DNA of 64,000 nt from Thermoplasmatales archaeon SW_10_69_26 (GCA_003009755.1 PXUB01000022.1:16963-80962); one strand, 5' to 3'. Numbered from the stretch's first letter, positions 1-10,262 are shown. A program made the numbers and translations. The notes: generated by a model from the letters alone, not told the origin.

Positions 1-1
1 C

Positions 2-1144
2 CGCACCCACGGTGCCCACCCGCTGGCTCGGTTCCTCGACCGCCTGGCCGACCTCGTGCAGCGCCACGATGGCCAGGAGGAGCAAAAGCTGGAGCCCGAG
101 GCCCTGCTGGATCCGATCGACGAGCTGCTGGAGAAGGCCTTCCGCCTGGCCCAACCGGACCTCCACGAACTGCTCGACGAGCTGCACGACGTCGCCGAGG
201 TCGTCCGCAAGGAGGAGGCCGTTAGCGCCTGCGGCGAGGTCACCGAGTTCCTCGAGCGCTGGCCCGGCAAGCGCGACCTCGACGAGGATGCCGTCCTCCG
301 CATGTGGGAGCCCGAGGCGACCGCGTTCACGTTCAAGGTGCTCGACGCCGGCCGCCTGGCGGGCCCGATCCTCAGCCAGGTGCAAGGCGCCGTGCTCATG
401 AGCGGGACGCTGTACCCGATGGGCATGTACGCCGGCATCCTCGGCGTCCCCAACGACCGCGCCCGGCTGGAGCGCTACCAGAACCCGTTCCCCGAGGAGA
501 ACCGCAAGGTCGCCATCGATCCCGGCGTCTCTTCGAAGGCGACCGAGCGCGGGCCCCAGATGTACCGGCGGATCGCGTCCACGATCCAGGACGTGGCCAA
601 GGCCACGCCCGGCAACGTGGCCGCGTTCTTCCCCTCGTACAAGATGATGAGCAACGTCGAGACGAAGCTGGGCCGCTCGAGCCGGCGCCGCCTCGTCGAG
701 CAGCGCTCCTTCGACAAGGAGGAGCGCGAGAGCCTGGTCAACCGGCTCGAACGCGCCGACGGCAACGCGCTCATGCTCGGCGTCCAGGGCGGCTCGCTGT
801 CCGAAGGGTACGATTTCGAGGCCGACGGCGAGAACCTGCTCAAGAGCGTGCTCGTCGTCGGCGTGCCCTACGCCCCACCCACGACCGAGGTCGAGTCGCT
901 CCAGTCGTTCTTCGACGAGCGCTTCGGCGACGGCAAAGGCTGGCAGTACGGGTACCTCGCGCCGGCGATCCAGCGCACGCTGCAAGCCGCCGGTCGCGCC
1001 GTGCGCGCCGCCCACCACGAGGCGTTCGTCGGCCTGCTCGACCGCCGATTCAGCCAACGCCAGATCCAATCGTGGCTGCCGCCGGACGTGAACCCCCACG
1101 TCGAGCAGGATCTGCCCGCCGCCGCCGAGCGGTTCTTCAGCTGA
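2..1144 (+). CDS. xpd: XPD/Rad3/DinG-family ATP-dependent DNA helicase, C-terminal part (5' end outside window)
   Basis: Helicase motifs 'VLMSGTLYP', 'AAFFPSY', 'GGSLSEGYDF', 'VVGVPY', 'QAAGRAVR', 'LLDRRF'; frame open from window start. Confidence 0.9.
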   Translation, partial: RTHGAHPLARFLDRLADLVQRHDGQEEQKLEPEALLDPIDELLEKAFRLAQPDLHELLDELHDVAEVVRKEEAVSACGEVTEFLERWPGKRDLDEDAVLRMWEPEATAFTFKVLDAGRLAGPILSQVQGAVLMSGTLYPMGMYAGILGVPNDRARLERYQNPFPEENRKVAIDPGVSSKATERGPQMYRRIASTIQDVAKATPGNVAAFFPSYKMMSNVETKLGRSSRRRLVEQRSFDKEERESLVNRLERADGNALMLGVQGGSLSEGYDFEADGENLLKSVLVVGVPYAPPTTEVESLQSFFDERFGDGKGWQYGYLAPAIQRTLQAAGRAVRAAHHEAFVGLLDRRFSQRQIQSWLPPDVNPHVEQDLPAAAERFFS

Positions 1145-1346
1145 CGATCAGCTGGGCCCACCCAGCTCGCCGGTGCCCAGTTCCTCCTCGGGCGCGTCCT
1201 CGTGCTCCGCGCTGGCCACGCCCGAAGCCCTCGGGACCCTGGACCGATCCGTGCCGGCGTCGGCGCTGCGAGGGCTCGGCCCCTGACGGGTTCCACCGGG
1301 GGGAGACATGTCGACCCCCTGGAGATATGTTTAAGAGCCTCCAGGG

Positions 1347-2450
1347 GTGGGCCGGGGCGTGGTGGCCGCAGCGCGCCCGCTGGCGTTCGCCCTCCTCGTC
1401 GTCCTGACCCCCGTCGCCGGATGCATGGGGGACACCGGCGAGCCCGAGGGCGTCATCGTCACCAGCCAGCCCCTGGTCGACGCCTTCCACGAGCTCGATC
1501 GGGCCGACCAGCTCGCCGGCGTCCCCGATTGGGCGATCGTCGACGAGCCGCCCGCCGCCGACCGGGTCGGACGCCCGTTCGTGATCGAGGCCGAGGAGGT
1601 CGTCCGACGGGAACCGGCCCTCGTCCTCGACCAACCCCATCCCCTCGTCACGGGGCCCTCGCGCGAGGCGATGGCGACCGGCGTCCAGCAGGCCGGCATC
1701 GGCTACGAGAAGCTTCCGAGCGAGCCCGCGCTGGGCACCGTCGAGGCCACGCTGGCGGCCGCCGGCGAGGCTACCGGCACCGATCACACCGACGCCTGGC
1801 AGCAGATCCGATCGGACCTGGCTGACCTGAACGAGACGCTGGCCGACCAGCCGCGTCCCAGCGCGCTGTTCCTGTTCCCCGCCGGCCTCGTCGCGGGCAC
1901 CGACACCGACGTCGACCTCATCCTCGAGCTGGCCGGCATGGAGAACGCCGCCCGCGAGGCCGGGCTCACCGGCTACGCGCAGATCACCGACGAGGCCGTG
2001 CAACGCACCGACGTCGACCTCGTCATCGCGACGGCAACGATGCACACCACGCCCGAGGAGATCGCCGGCCGCCCGATGTTCGCGGACACCGCGATCGAGG
2101 ACAGCCCCGAGCGCGTGCTCGTCGTCGACCCCAGCCGAACCACGCGCCTGGGCCCCCACGTGGCCGAGGCCGCCTCCCAGCTGGCCGCCTGGAGCCACGA
2201 GGAGATGCCCGGGCCGCGCGTGAGCCCGACGCTGGACCCCTACGAGGTCCACGCCTGCGAGCCGGTCGACGTCGACGTCGACGCACCGAACGCGACCGTC
2301 ACCCTCCTGGGCGAGACCCACGACCCCGGCACGGTCACCGTGCCCGACGTCGCGGAGGGCCACTACCGCCTGACGGTCGAAGCCCGCGACGACACGGGCA
2401 CGGCCACCACGACGACGATGCTCACCGTGGAGGGATCGGATTGCGCCTGA
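1347..2450 (+). CDS. ABC transporter substrate-binding lipoprotein, BtuF/FecB (cobalamin/Fe-siderophore/heme) family
   Basis: Lipobox-like 'VAGC'; 'EEVVRREPALVL'; 'LELAGMENAA'; 'RLGPHVAEAA'; TATA-like TTTAAG at ~1330; start uncertain (1347 or 1359). Confidence 0.75.
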   Translation: MGRGVVAAARPLAFALLVVLTPVAGCMGDTGEPEGVIVTSQPLVDAFHELDRADQLAGVPDWAIVDEPPAADRVGRPFVIEAEEVVRREPALVLDQPHPLVTGPSREAMATGVQQAGIGYEKLPSEPALGTVEATLAAAGEATGTDHTDAWQQIRSDLADLNETLADQPRPSALFLFPAGLVAGTDTDVDLILELAGMENAAREAGLTGYAQITDEAVQRTDVDLVIATATMHTTPEEIAGRPMFADTAIEDSPERVLVVDPSRTTRLGPHVAEAASQLAAWSHEEMPGPRVSPTLDPYEVHACEPVDVDVDAPNATVTLLGETHDPGTVTVPDVAEGHYRLTVEARDDTGTATTTTMLTVEGSDCA

Positions 2451-4078
2451 CGCCGCTCGTGCTCGCCTGCCTGCTCGTCTCCCCGCCCGCCCTCGGCCAG
2501 GCCTGGTCGCAGGAGAACGCCGACCCGGCCAACACCGGCCGCCTGGACAGGGCCGGCCCCACGAGCCTGGAGGACGCCCAGTTCACGCCCGTCGACGACC
2601 AGGTGCTCACCCAGGTCACCGAGGGCCCGGCCGGGCTCGCCCTGGCCGGCTCGCTGGGTGGGACCGTCTACGCCGTCGACGCCAGCGGCGAGGTCGTCTG
2701 GCAGGCCGACGTCGCCGACGAGATCCGCACCGCGCCTCTCTGGACCGGCGAGGTCGTCGTCGTGGTCCCCCGCGGCGACCGGGTTCACGCCTTCACCCCC
2801 GAGGGCGAGGAGGCCTGGACGGTCCCGATCGCCAACGACCGCGGCGCCACGCTCGTCCGCATGGCCAGCCCCGTCGAGCACCCCAGCGGCGACGTCATCG
2901 TGGGCACGATGGACGGGACCGTCTACCGCCTCACGCCGCAGGGCTCGACCGTCTGGACGACGACCATCGGCGAGGACGACGCCGTCGAGGCCACTCCCGC
3001 CATCACGCCCGACGGCGACGTGATCGCCGCCGCCTTCGAACCCGGGCGAGAGGGGCGAGGCTTCCTCGCTCGCCTCGACGCCGACACGGGCGAGCGCACC
3101 TGGCAGCTCGACATCGGGTCCCAGGTCGTCGGCGCCCCCGCCGTCGTGGCCGACACCGTGCTCGTGCCCCTGCGCGACGGCAACGCCGTGCAGGCTCGCA
3201 GCCTCTCCGACGGCTCGCTGATCTGGGAGACGGCCTTCGACTCCCGCGTCCCCGCCTCACCCTCACTGCACGAGGGGCTGGCGATCGTGGGCGACATCCG
3301 CGGCACGGTGCGCGCCCTGGAGGTCTCCGGCGGCAAGATCGCCTGGGAGTTCAACCCCCTCAGCGACGATCCCGACGTCGAGCTGGGCGGCAGCGGCCGC
3401 TACACGATCGCCGACAGCCTCGCCGTCGACGACGAGGGCGTCGCCTGGGTTCCCTACTGGGTGTTCGAGGCCGGCTGTTGCCCCCCCTCCGACTCGGTGC
3501 GCAGCCCCATCTACCGCCTCGACGCCGACGACGGCGAGATCCTCGACCGGCGCTCGGACGCCAAGGCCAACCACGGACCCGCCCTCCACGCCACCGGCGT
3601 CTGGACCGGCAGCGACGAGCAGGGCGTCCGCTCGTTCCCGCTGGATCCCAGCCTCCAGCTCGACGCCCGCACCGACGCGGGCCAAGCCCGGTTGATCGTC
3701 AACACCGACGCGACCGGCGACTGGCGGGTCGCGACCGGGGACCGCTCGCTGGACGAGGGCCAAGGCCGCCCGCCGACGGTCTCCGGCTACGATCTCGACC
3801 CCGGCCAACACAACCTGACCGTCACCGTCGACGACCTCGCCAGCCAGGCCACCGTCGAGATCGAGGCCGACGACGGCGACGACGATCCCGCCCGCCCCGA
3901 GGACCAAGACCCCTCGGCGCCCACGGACGATGCCGAGCCGGAGCCCGAGCCCTCAGGCGAGGACGAGGAGCCCAACACCTCCGAGGGCGGCGCCGAGGAC
4001 CCCCAACCGGCCCCGCTGGCCGCCTGGGCCGCCTGGCTCGCCATCGGGCTCGCCGCCGGGGTGCGACAACGTGCGTAG
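2441..4078 (+). CDS. Secreted PQQ-like beta-propeller repeat protein with acidic linker and C-terminal membrane anchor
   Basis: Signal peptide; repeated units like 'GTVYAVDASGEVVW', 'ARLDADTGERTW'; C-terminal hydrophobic stretch followed by Arg residues. Confidence 0.8.
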   Translation: MRLTPLVLACLLVSPPALGQAWSQENADPANTGRLDRAGPTSLEDAQFTPVDDQVLTQVTEGPAGLALAGSLGGTVYAVDASGEVVWQADVADEIRTAPLWTGEVVVVVPRGDRVHAFTPEGEEAWTVPIANDRGATLVRMASPVEHPSGDVIVGTMDGTVYRLTPQGSTVWTTTIGEDDAVEATPAITPDGDVIAAAFEPGREGRGFLARLDADTGERTWQLDIGSQVVGAPAVVADTVLVPLRDGNAVQARSLSDGSLIWETAFDSRVPASPSLHEGLAIVGDIRGTVRALEVSGGKIAWEFNPLSDDPDVELGGSGRYTIADSLAVDDEGVAWVPYWVFEAGCCPPSDSVRSPIYRLDADDGEILDRRSDAKANHGPALHATGVWTGSDEQGVRSFPLDPSLQLDARTDAGQARLIVNTDATGDWRVATGDRSLDEGQGRPPTVSGYDLDPGQHNLTVTVDDLASQATVEIEADDGDDDPARPEDQDPSAPTDDAEPEPEPSGEDEEPNTSEGGAEDPQPAPLAAWAAWLAIGLAAGVRQRA

Positions 4079-4967
4079 GCGCTGGCTGGCCGGCCTCGTC
4101 GGCCTCGCCATCGTGACCGTCGGCACGCTCGTCGCCCGCGTCGTCGTCTTCCCTCGGCCCCTCTCGATCGAGGTCGCGGGCACGATCGTGAACCTACGAG
4201 CCCGCATCGCCGTCGCCGGGCTCGTGATGGGTGCCGGGTTCGGGCTCGCCGCCGTCGGCGCCCAAGCCCGCGCCCGCGAGATCCGCATCGACGCGACCCT
4301 CGCCGGTCCCGCCTGGGGCGCCCTGCCCGGCCTGTTGCTCCCCGTGCCGGTCGCCGGGCAAGCGATCGCGTGCCTGGTCGGCGCCGGCCTCGTCGCCTGG
4401 CTGACGCGCCGCTCGGCGGGCCTGTCGGCCACGCTGACCCGCGGCGTCGCCGTCGCGGGCGCCGTCGTCGGCCTCGCCGCGCTGGGCCTGTTCGTCGGGC
4501 CCGGGCTCACCCCGACGACCGCGACCGCGTTCCTGCACGCCTCCCTGGGCGGCGCCCTCACCCAAGCGACCTGGCTCCGCACCGCGATCGGGGGAGCGCT
4601 CGTGCTCGGCGCGCTCGGCCTCGCCTGGGCGCGCTGGCGCCAACTGGCGCTGGCCCGCGCCGGCCTGGACGAGGAGGCCTCCGCGGCCGCACTCGTCACC
4701 GTGCTGGCCTCCGCCGGCGCCGTGCTCGTCGCCGGCGTCGTGGCCGGGCTGGGCCTCATCGCGACCGCGATCGCCCGCCCCATCGTCGGCGAGGATCCCC
4801 GCTTGGCGGCCCCAGGCGGCCTGGCCGCCGGCGCCGGCGTGGGGTTGGCCCTCGACGGGATCGGGCAAGCCCTCGCCTGGCCGGGCGAGCTGCCCGTCGG
4901 CGTGTTGACCTTGATCGTCGCGAGCCTGCTGCTGGCTCGGGAGGTGGTGCCCGCTGATCCGCGTTGA
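4071..4967 (+). CDS. FecCD/BtuC-family ABC permease (divergent)
   Basis: Very hydrophobic; C-terminal 'WPGELPVGVLT' motif; GTG at 4071 overlaps upstream stop. Confidence 0.75.
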   Translation: MRRRWLAGLVGLAIVTVGTLVARVVVFPRPLSIEVAGTIVNLRARIAVAGLVMGAGFGLAAVGAQARAREIRIDATLAGPAWGALPGLLLPVPVAGQAIACLVGAGLVAWLTRRSAGLSATLTRGVAVAGAVVGLAALGLFVGPGLTPTTATAFLHASLGGALTQATWLRTAIGGALVLGALGLAWARWRQLALARAGLDEEASAAALVTVLASAGAVLVAGVVAGLGLIATAIARPIVGEDPRLAAPGGLAAGAGVGLALDGIGQALAWPGELPVGVLTLIVASLLLAREVVPADPR

Positions 4968-5616
4968 GGAGCTGGGCGTCCGCCGCGGCCACGAACCCGT
5001 CCTGTTCGCCAGCGAGCTGACCGTCGGCGACGAGGTCGTGGCCCTCATGGGCCCCAACGGCGCCGGCAAGACCACGCTTTTGCAGACGCTGGCCGGTCAA
5101 CTGAACCACAGCGGCACCCTCGAGCAGGGTCCGACGGCGTTCCTGGGAGCTCGCCCGCCCGAGCCCGTCGACATGCAGGCCGTCGAGCTCGTGCGCGCCC
5201 ACGGCGCCGAGGACCCGCAGGCGTGGCTGGATCGCGTCGGGTACGAGGGCCCCGAGCTCGTCTCCCGCGGCAGCGCCGGCGAGCGCGCGCTCGTGGGTCT
5301 GGCCGGCGCCCTCAGCCGCGCGCGCGACCTGCTCCTCGACGAACCCTTCGGCCCGCTGGACCCACCCCACACCGCCCGCGTGTGGCCAAGGCTGGCCGAC
5401 CACGCCGAGGACCACGCCGTCCTGCTGGCGACCCACGACCCGACCGTCGCCGCCCGCGCCGACCGCGTCGTGCTCCTCGCCGGCACGATCGTGGCCCAAG
5501 GCCCGCCCCGCGAGGTGCTGGCCGAGGAGCCCTTGTCCGACTGCTATGGCGCCCCGGTCGACGTCGCCTGGACCGATCTGGGGCCCGTCGTGCGGGGCCG
5601 AGAGCGCTCCCATTGA
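4954..5616 (+). CDS. ABC transporter ATP-binding protein (FecE/BtuD type)
   Basis: Walker A 'GPNGAGKTT', Walker B 'LLLDEP', H-loop 'ATHDP'; homology appears to extend to CTG at 4954 behind a GGAGGTG RBS. Confidence 0.85.
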   Translation: MIRVEELGVRRGHEPVLFASELTVGDEVVALMGPNGAGKTTLLQTLAGQLNHSGTLEQGPTAFLGARPPEPVDMQAVELVRAHGAEDPQAWLDRVGYEGPELVSRGSAGERALVGLAGALSRARDLLLDEPFGPLDPPHTARVWPRLADHAEDHAVLLATHDPTVAARADRVVLLAGTIVAQGPPREVLAEEPLSDCYGAPVDVAWTDLGPVVRGRERSH

Positions 5617-5955
5617 CGAACCCGACCACAGAGGCACAGAGGCTCAGAGAACACACAGAGGATGGAAGGTAGCGGTGGGAAGGGGGAAGACGAGAGGAGG
5701 GAGGGAAAAGACAAGATCGAGGAGAGGGCATGAGGGGCCGGTGGGGTCACCGGTCACCGGGATCACCCCAGGTCGACACCACGCCCACCGCATCGAAGGA
5801 GGCGGGGAGGGATCCGCCGGTCGGCGGGCTCGGCCCCAGCCCTCCTGTTGCCTGCGCCTTCACGGCGCCGATCGTCGGTCGTCTGCTCCGAGCGGCCCGA
5901 TCGGCCCCTTCTCCTCTGCGTGTTCGCTGCCAACCGCGATCGTGCCGTCTCCGGT

Positions 5956-7983
5956 TCAGTCGAGGCGGGGCTCGAAGGGATCCACGTCCCACCAGACGTG
6001 CGTGGCGTGCGTGGCCGACCCCAGCGGGACCGGGCTGGCGGGCACGGCGGCGTCCCCGCCGCCGAGCTGGTCGTCCGCGACCGTGACGATCGCGGCCGCC
6101 GCCAGGCCGTCGCCCTCCAGCGGCTCGCCGGCGATCTGCCAGCTGCTCGTGAAGCCGCCCGTCGGCTCCCCGCACTGCGGCTGGAAGGCGTCCTCGATCG
6201 CGACGACGGGTCGGTCACCGGCGGCTCGGTCGATCGCATCCTGGACCACCGGGTCGGCCTGGTCGAGACCCTCGGAGAGCATCACGACGGCCGTCGGCTC
6301 GGCCACGACCCGCGTCTCGCCGGTCTGCGGGTTGGACAGCACACCGTCGGTGAGGCGCAGCGTGATGGCCAACCCGGTCGGGTCGGCGTAGCCGGCCCCG
6401 GTCGCGAGGTCGCCGATCGTGGTCCCCGACCGGAACGAGCAGCCCTCGCCCGCGGCGTGGTGGTCCCACAGGATCGGGTAGGCGCCGTGGTCCTCGATCG
6501 AGAAGACCTCCGAGCCGGGCGCCTGCTCGTAGTCGCCGTCGTCCTCGACGTCGGTGAACAGGCCCACGTGCCCGGTGACGCGCATGCTGGGGCGCGGCTG
6601 GTGGTCGGGCTCGGGCTCGGCGCCGGCAGGCGTGCCGAACCCGGCCGCGGTCCGGGTGACGTGCGCGTCGATCACGTTCACCCACGGGTCGGCCTCCTCC
6701 TCCCCGGTGGCCAGCGTCTGGCAGTCGGTCAGCGTGCGGTTCTCGGAGACCTCGTGGCTGGATTCGAGGATGCCCATCCACTCGTCGGCGTTGGGCTCGG
6801 GCTCGTGCGAGGTGACGGCGGGGCTGGCGGTCACGTTCTCGCCGGCCGGCGTGTCGGCCACGTCCGGCGCGCGTCCATCGCGCAGCGGACCCAGGCCGGG
6901 CACGTTCTCGGAGGCCTCGTCCCAGACGAAGGGCACGCCTTGGGCCGGCGTGTCGTCGCTGGGCGGCTCGTAGATGTCGAGATCGTGGGCGAGGAACGCA
7001 GTGGAGCTCGTATCGAAGCCCGGTTCGGCGGCGCCGCACTTGTCCGGCGGGCTCGGCGCGACGACGCCGTGCCAGACGGCGAAGTGGTGGGCGCTGTTCC
7101 AGGCGTCGGACAGATAGCAGGCGGCGTGCCACATCGGGCACATCGTCGTGCCGCGCCAGGCCGGCTGCGCCTGACCGCAGACGTAGGTCTCGGCCTCGCA
7201 GGGCTCGTTCTCGTCCTCGCCGGTGCCCATCCAGTCCAGCTCGACCTCGCAGCGGCCGGCGTCGGGCGCGTGCGTGCCGAGGTGGGCCTCGGGCGTGAAC
7301 GCGCACACCTTGGCGGTAGCCGTCGGGTCGAGGCCGCCGCCGTTCTTCTCGTCGGTGACGATCGTCGACAGGCGGTCCTCGTCGACCGGGTCGCCCTCGT
7401 CATTGGTGACGAAGGCGACGAAGCTCGTGTCGGTGACCGGCAGCAGCCAGCCTTGGCCGGCCGCGTCGTAGGCCTGCATCGGCGAGACCGCGTACAGGTT
7501 GCCGCCGTAGGCCTGCGTGCCGCCGTCGTCGACCTCCCCGGGAGTTGGCGTCAGGCCGACGCTGGCGCCGGCCTCGTGCACGGCGTCGTAGGTGCCCGGG
7601 CTGTTGCACCAGGGCTCGCACGCCGTCGTCCCGTACAGGCCGACGTAGGTGGCGAACTGCAGGTCGACGGTGATGGCCTCGTCGGCGCCCGCCGCCTGGT
7701 CGGGCGGACTCGTCGTATTCATCTCGGTGCCCTGGTTGTACACGAGCTCGCCGCAGAACCCGTCGGCGGTGAGCGTTCGGGCGCCCTCGGGCTCGGCGCA
7801 GCCGGTGTCCGTCCCGCGGTCCCAAAGCTCCTCGTCGGTGTCGGCCGGCGGCTCGGCCTTCGAGAGACCGGCGGTGTCCTCGGCGCCGGCGCTGAGGTGG
7901 AAGGCCACGCCGGTGGGGGCGAGCAGCGCAGCGACGATCGCAGCCAGCAGCGCGAACCGGATCGGGGATCGGTCTCGGGGCAT
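5956..7983 (-). CDS. Secreted acidic Cys-rich protein of unknown function
   Basis: Signal peptide, 14 Cys, host-like codon usage; translationally coupled (TGATG) to the FTR1 fusion gene. Confidence 0.75.
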   Translation of the reverse strand: MPRDRSPIRFALLAAIVAALLAPTGVAFHLSAGAEDTAGLSKAEPPADTDEELWDRGTDTGCAEPEGARTLTADGFCGELVYNQGTEMNTTSPPDQAAGADEAITVDLQFATYVGLYGTTACEPWCNSPGTYDAVHEAGASVGLTPTPGEVDDGGTQAYGGNLYAVSPMQAYDAAGQGWLLPVTDTSFVAFVTNDEGDPVDEDRLSTIVTDEKNGGGLDPTATAKVCAFTPEAHLGTHAPDAGRCEVELDWMGTGEDENEPCEAETYVCGQAQPAWRGTTMCPMWHAACYLSDAWNSAHHFAVWHGVVAPSPPDKCGAAEPGFDTSSTAFLAHDLDIYEPPSDDTPAQGVPFVWDEASENVPGLGPLRDGRAPDVADTPAGENVTASPAVTSHEPEPNADEWMGILESSHEVSENRTLTDCQTLATGEEEADPWVNVIDAHVTRTAAGFGTPAGAEPEPDHQPRPSMRVTGHVGLFTDVEDDGDYEQAPGSEVFSIEDHGAYPILWDHHAAGEGCSFRSGTTIGDLATGAGYADPTGLAITLRLTDGVLSNPQTGETRVVAEPTAVVMLSEGLDQADPVVQDAIDRAAGDRPVVAIEDAFQPQCGEPTGGFTSSWQIAGEPLEGDGLAAAAIVTVADDQLGGGDAAVPASPVPLGSATHATHVWWDVDPFEPRLD

Positions 7984-10262
7984 CAGGTGTCAGTCTCCGT
8001 CTCGAAGAGGGGGTCCATGGCGTCGACGATCGTGTCGACTTGGGCCTGAGCGCGCGTCTCGTGACCGAACGCGCTCGAGGTGATCGTGATCTCCACGTTC
8101 TGCCGGGTGAGGTGGGTCTGGTAGTCGGCGTCGTAGTGGGGGGCCTGGCGGGGATCGAGGTCGTAGCTGAGCCGGTGGTTGACCAGGTTGTCGAACCCGT
8201 CGCCGGGCAGCTCGTAAGGCACGTCGAGCAACAGCTCGTGGCCCTGCTTGCTGGCGTTCTCGACCGCCTCGGTCGGCGAGTAGATGCCGTCGTCGGGGTC
8301 GTCGGCGCCGGCACCGTACACCTGGTGGATCGAGGTGTTCGGCGCCAGCGAGCGGTTGTCGAGCGCGGCCTCGACGTTGGCGAACATCGCCATCGTCTGG
8401 TTCACGTAGGGATCCTTGCGGTCCCGGCACTGGCTGTCCAGATCGGGGTCGGCACCGTGATGGGTGAGGGACAGCCAGACGTCCTCGCTCTGCGGGTAGG
8501 CGGTCAGCTTGTCGGCGATCGCGTCGGCCATGCCCTGGGCGAAGGTGTCCGTCAGGCCGCTGGGGCCGGCCTCGAGCACGCGGCCCTCGTAGCCGTGCTC
8601 GTCGAGGGCCTCGTGGAAGGCCTTCTCCTTCATGCACTCGTTCATGATGTCGCTGTGCAGGTGGCTGGTGTAGGCGTCGACGATCACGTCGACGTCGGCC
8701 TCGACCAGCTGCTCGGCGCTGGCGGAGACGCTCTCGTCCCTCGGATCGACCATCGGGCGGATGTGGTGGGCGCGCTCGACGACGAGCTCGCCGTCGAAGC
8801 GCTCGTCCAGCGTCTGCTCGATGCGGTCGAGCACCTCGGTCTTGGCCTCGTGCATCTGGCTGGCGTTCTCCATCTGCCGGTAGTCCTTCCACGCGCCCAG
8901 ACCGGCCGCCTCGAGGATGTCGGGCTCGCCCAGCCCGGGGCCGCCGGGCATCACGTACATGCCGTCCACGGCGGGCACCTGCTGACGGTCGGGGACCGGG
9001 CTGCCGACGTAGGTGGCCGGCCCGGCGTGGTGCTCGAGCCAGGCGTCCATGTAGTCCGGCATCGGGCGCGGCTCGTTCGCGTGGGGACGGTCCTCGTCGA
9101 CGAGCACCGTGCCCTGGTCGATCGCGAGCAGCTCTTCGAACCCGAGCTGGATCAGCAGGTTGCGGGTGAACTCGGCGAACTCCACGTACGTCGTCGCGTT
9201 GTACTCGAGGGGCTCGCCGTGGGAGCGAAGCATGACGCCCACGGTCGCGTCGTCGGGCAGCTCCTCGCCGGTCGGCGCCTCGTCGCCGTGGGCGGAGGGA
9301 CCGTGGTCGTGGCCGGTCGCCGCCGTGCCCAGGCCCTCGACGGGGTCCTGGGCGGCCATGCCGACCGTCGAGAAGGCGAGCACGAGCGCGAGCGCGACGG
9401 CGCCGACGCGGCCGGGCCGCAGCTGGCGGCCCTGCGTCGTCGCCGTGGTGAAGAAGCCCTGCTGGTAGAGGAAGGCGCCGCCGGCGATCGCGAGGTACCC
9501 AAGGTAGGCCAGCGCCTGGTACAGGGTGGGCGCGGCCGTGTAGCCGACGGCGGCGTGAAGGATGCGGCCGAGGACGGAGTCGGGCGCCAACAGCCACGAG
9601 GTGTCCCACAGGGCCGCCTGCGGGGCCAAGAAGCCGAGCTCGGTGAGCGCTTCGACGGCGTGCGTGAGCAGCATCGCCGCGACGACGAGCAGGAAGGCGC
9701 CCGTGACCTGGAAGAACCGCTGCAGGTTCACGTGCCGGCTGGCGCGCAGCACGAGGTACACGAGGCCGGCGCTGACGGCGAAGCCGACCGCGCCGCTCCA
9801 CAGGAGGTCGAGCATGGCGTGCTCGGTCGCCAGCGTCGCGTAGAACAGCACGGTCTCGAGGCCCTCGCGGACGACGCTCAGGAACGTGATGGCCACGATC
9901 GTGGCGACCGATCCCGCCGTCAAGGCCTCGCGGACCTGCTCTTTGGCCTCCGAGAGGACCTGGGTGGTGTGGCTCCACATCCAGAAGACCATGTAGGTCA
10001 GCGTGCCGACAGCCAACAGGATGGCCACCAGCTCGAACCAGGCGCCGTAGCCGCCCTCCTCGAAGGCCGTGAACAGGTGCTCGTAGATCAGCCAGCCCGC
10101 GCCCACGCTGGCGATCACGGCCGCGCCGAACCCGGCCCAGACGTGCTTGCGGACGTCGGGCCGACCCAGCCGTGACACCAGGCCGAGCAGGATGCCGGTG
10201 ATCAACAGCGCCTCGAGTCCCTCGCGGAGCGCGATGAGCGCGGCCTCGGTGACGAACGCCAT
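7983..10262 (-). CDS. FTR1/EfeU iron permease fused to a C-terminal class II (ferro)chelatase-like domain
   Basis: Two RExxE motifs ('LREGLEA', 'VREGLET'); extra TM and His-rich linker; then 'VGVMLRSHGEP', 'WLSLTHHGA', 'DVPYELPGDGFDNL', resembling HemH/CbiX/CbiK-type signatures. Confidence 0.8.
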   Translation of the reverse strand: MAFVTEAALIALREGLEALLITGILLGLVSRLGRPDVRKHVWAGFGAAVIASVGAGWLIYEHLFTAFEEGGYGAWFELVAILLAVGTLTYMVFWMWSHTTQVLSEAKEQVREALTAGSVATIVAITFLSVVREGLETVLFYATLATEHAMLDLLWSGAVGFAVSAGLVYLVLRASRHVNLQRFFQVTGAFLLVVAAMLLTHAVEALTELGFLAPQAALWDTSWLLAPDSVLGRILHAAVGYTAAPTLYQALAYLGYLAIAGGAFLYQQGFFTTATTQGRQLRPGRVGAVALALVLAFSTVGMAAQDPVEGLGTAATGHDHGPSAHGDEAPTGEELPDDATVGVMLRSHGEPLEYNATTYVEFAEFTRNLLIQLGFEELLAIDQGTVLVDEDRPHANEPRPMPDYMDAWLEHHAGPATYVGSPVPDRQQVPAVDGMYVMPGGPGLGEPDILEAAGLGAWKDYRQMENASQMHEAKTEVLDRIEQTLDERFDGELVVERAHHIRPMVDPRDESVSASAEQLVEADVDVIVDAYTSHLHSDIMNECMKEKAFHEALDEHGYEGRVLEAGPSGLTDTFAQGMADAIADKLTAYPQSEDVWLSLTHHGADPDLDSQCRDRKDPYVNQTMAMFANVEAALDNRSLAPNTSIHQVYGAGADDPDDGIYSPTEAVENASKQGHELLLDVPYELPGDGFDNLVNHRLSYDLDPRQAPHYDADYQTHLTRQNVEITITSSAFGHETRAQAQVDTIVDAMDPLFETETDT

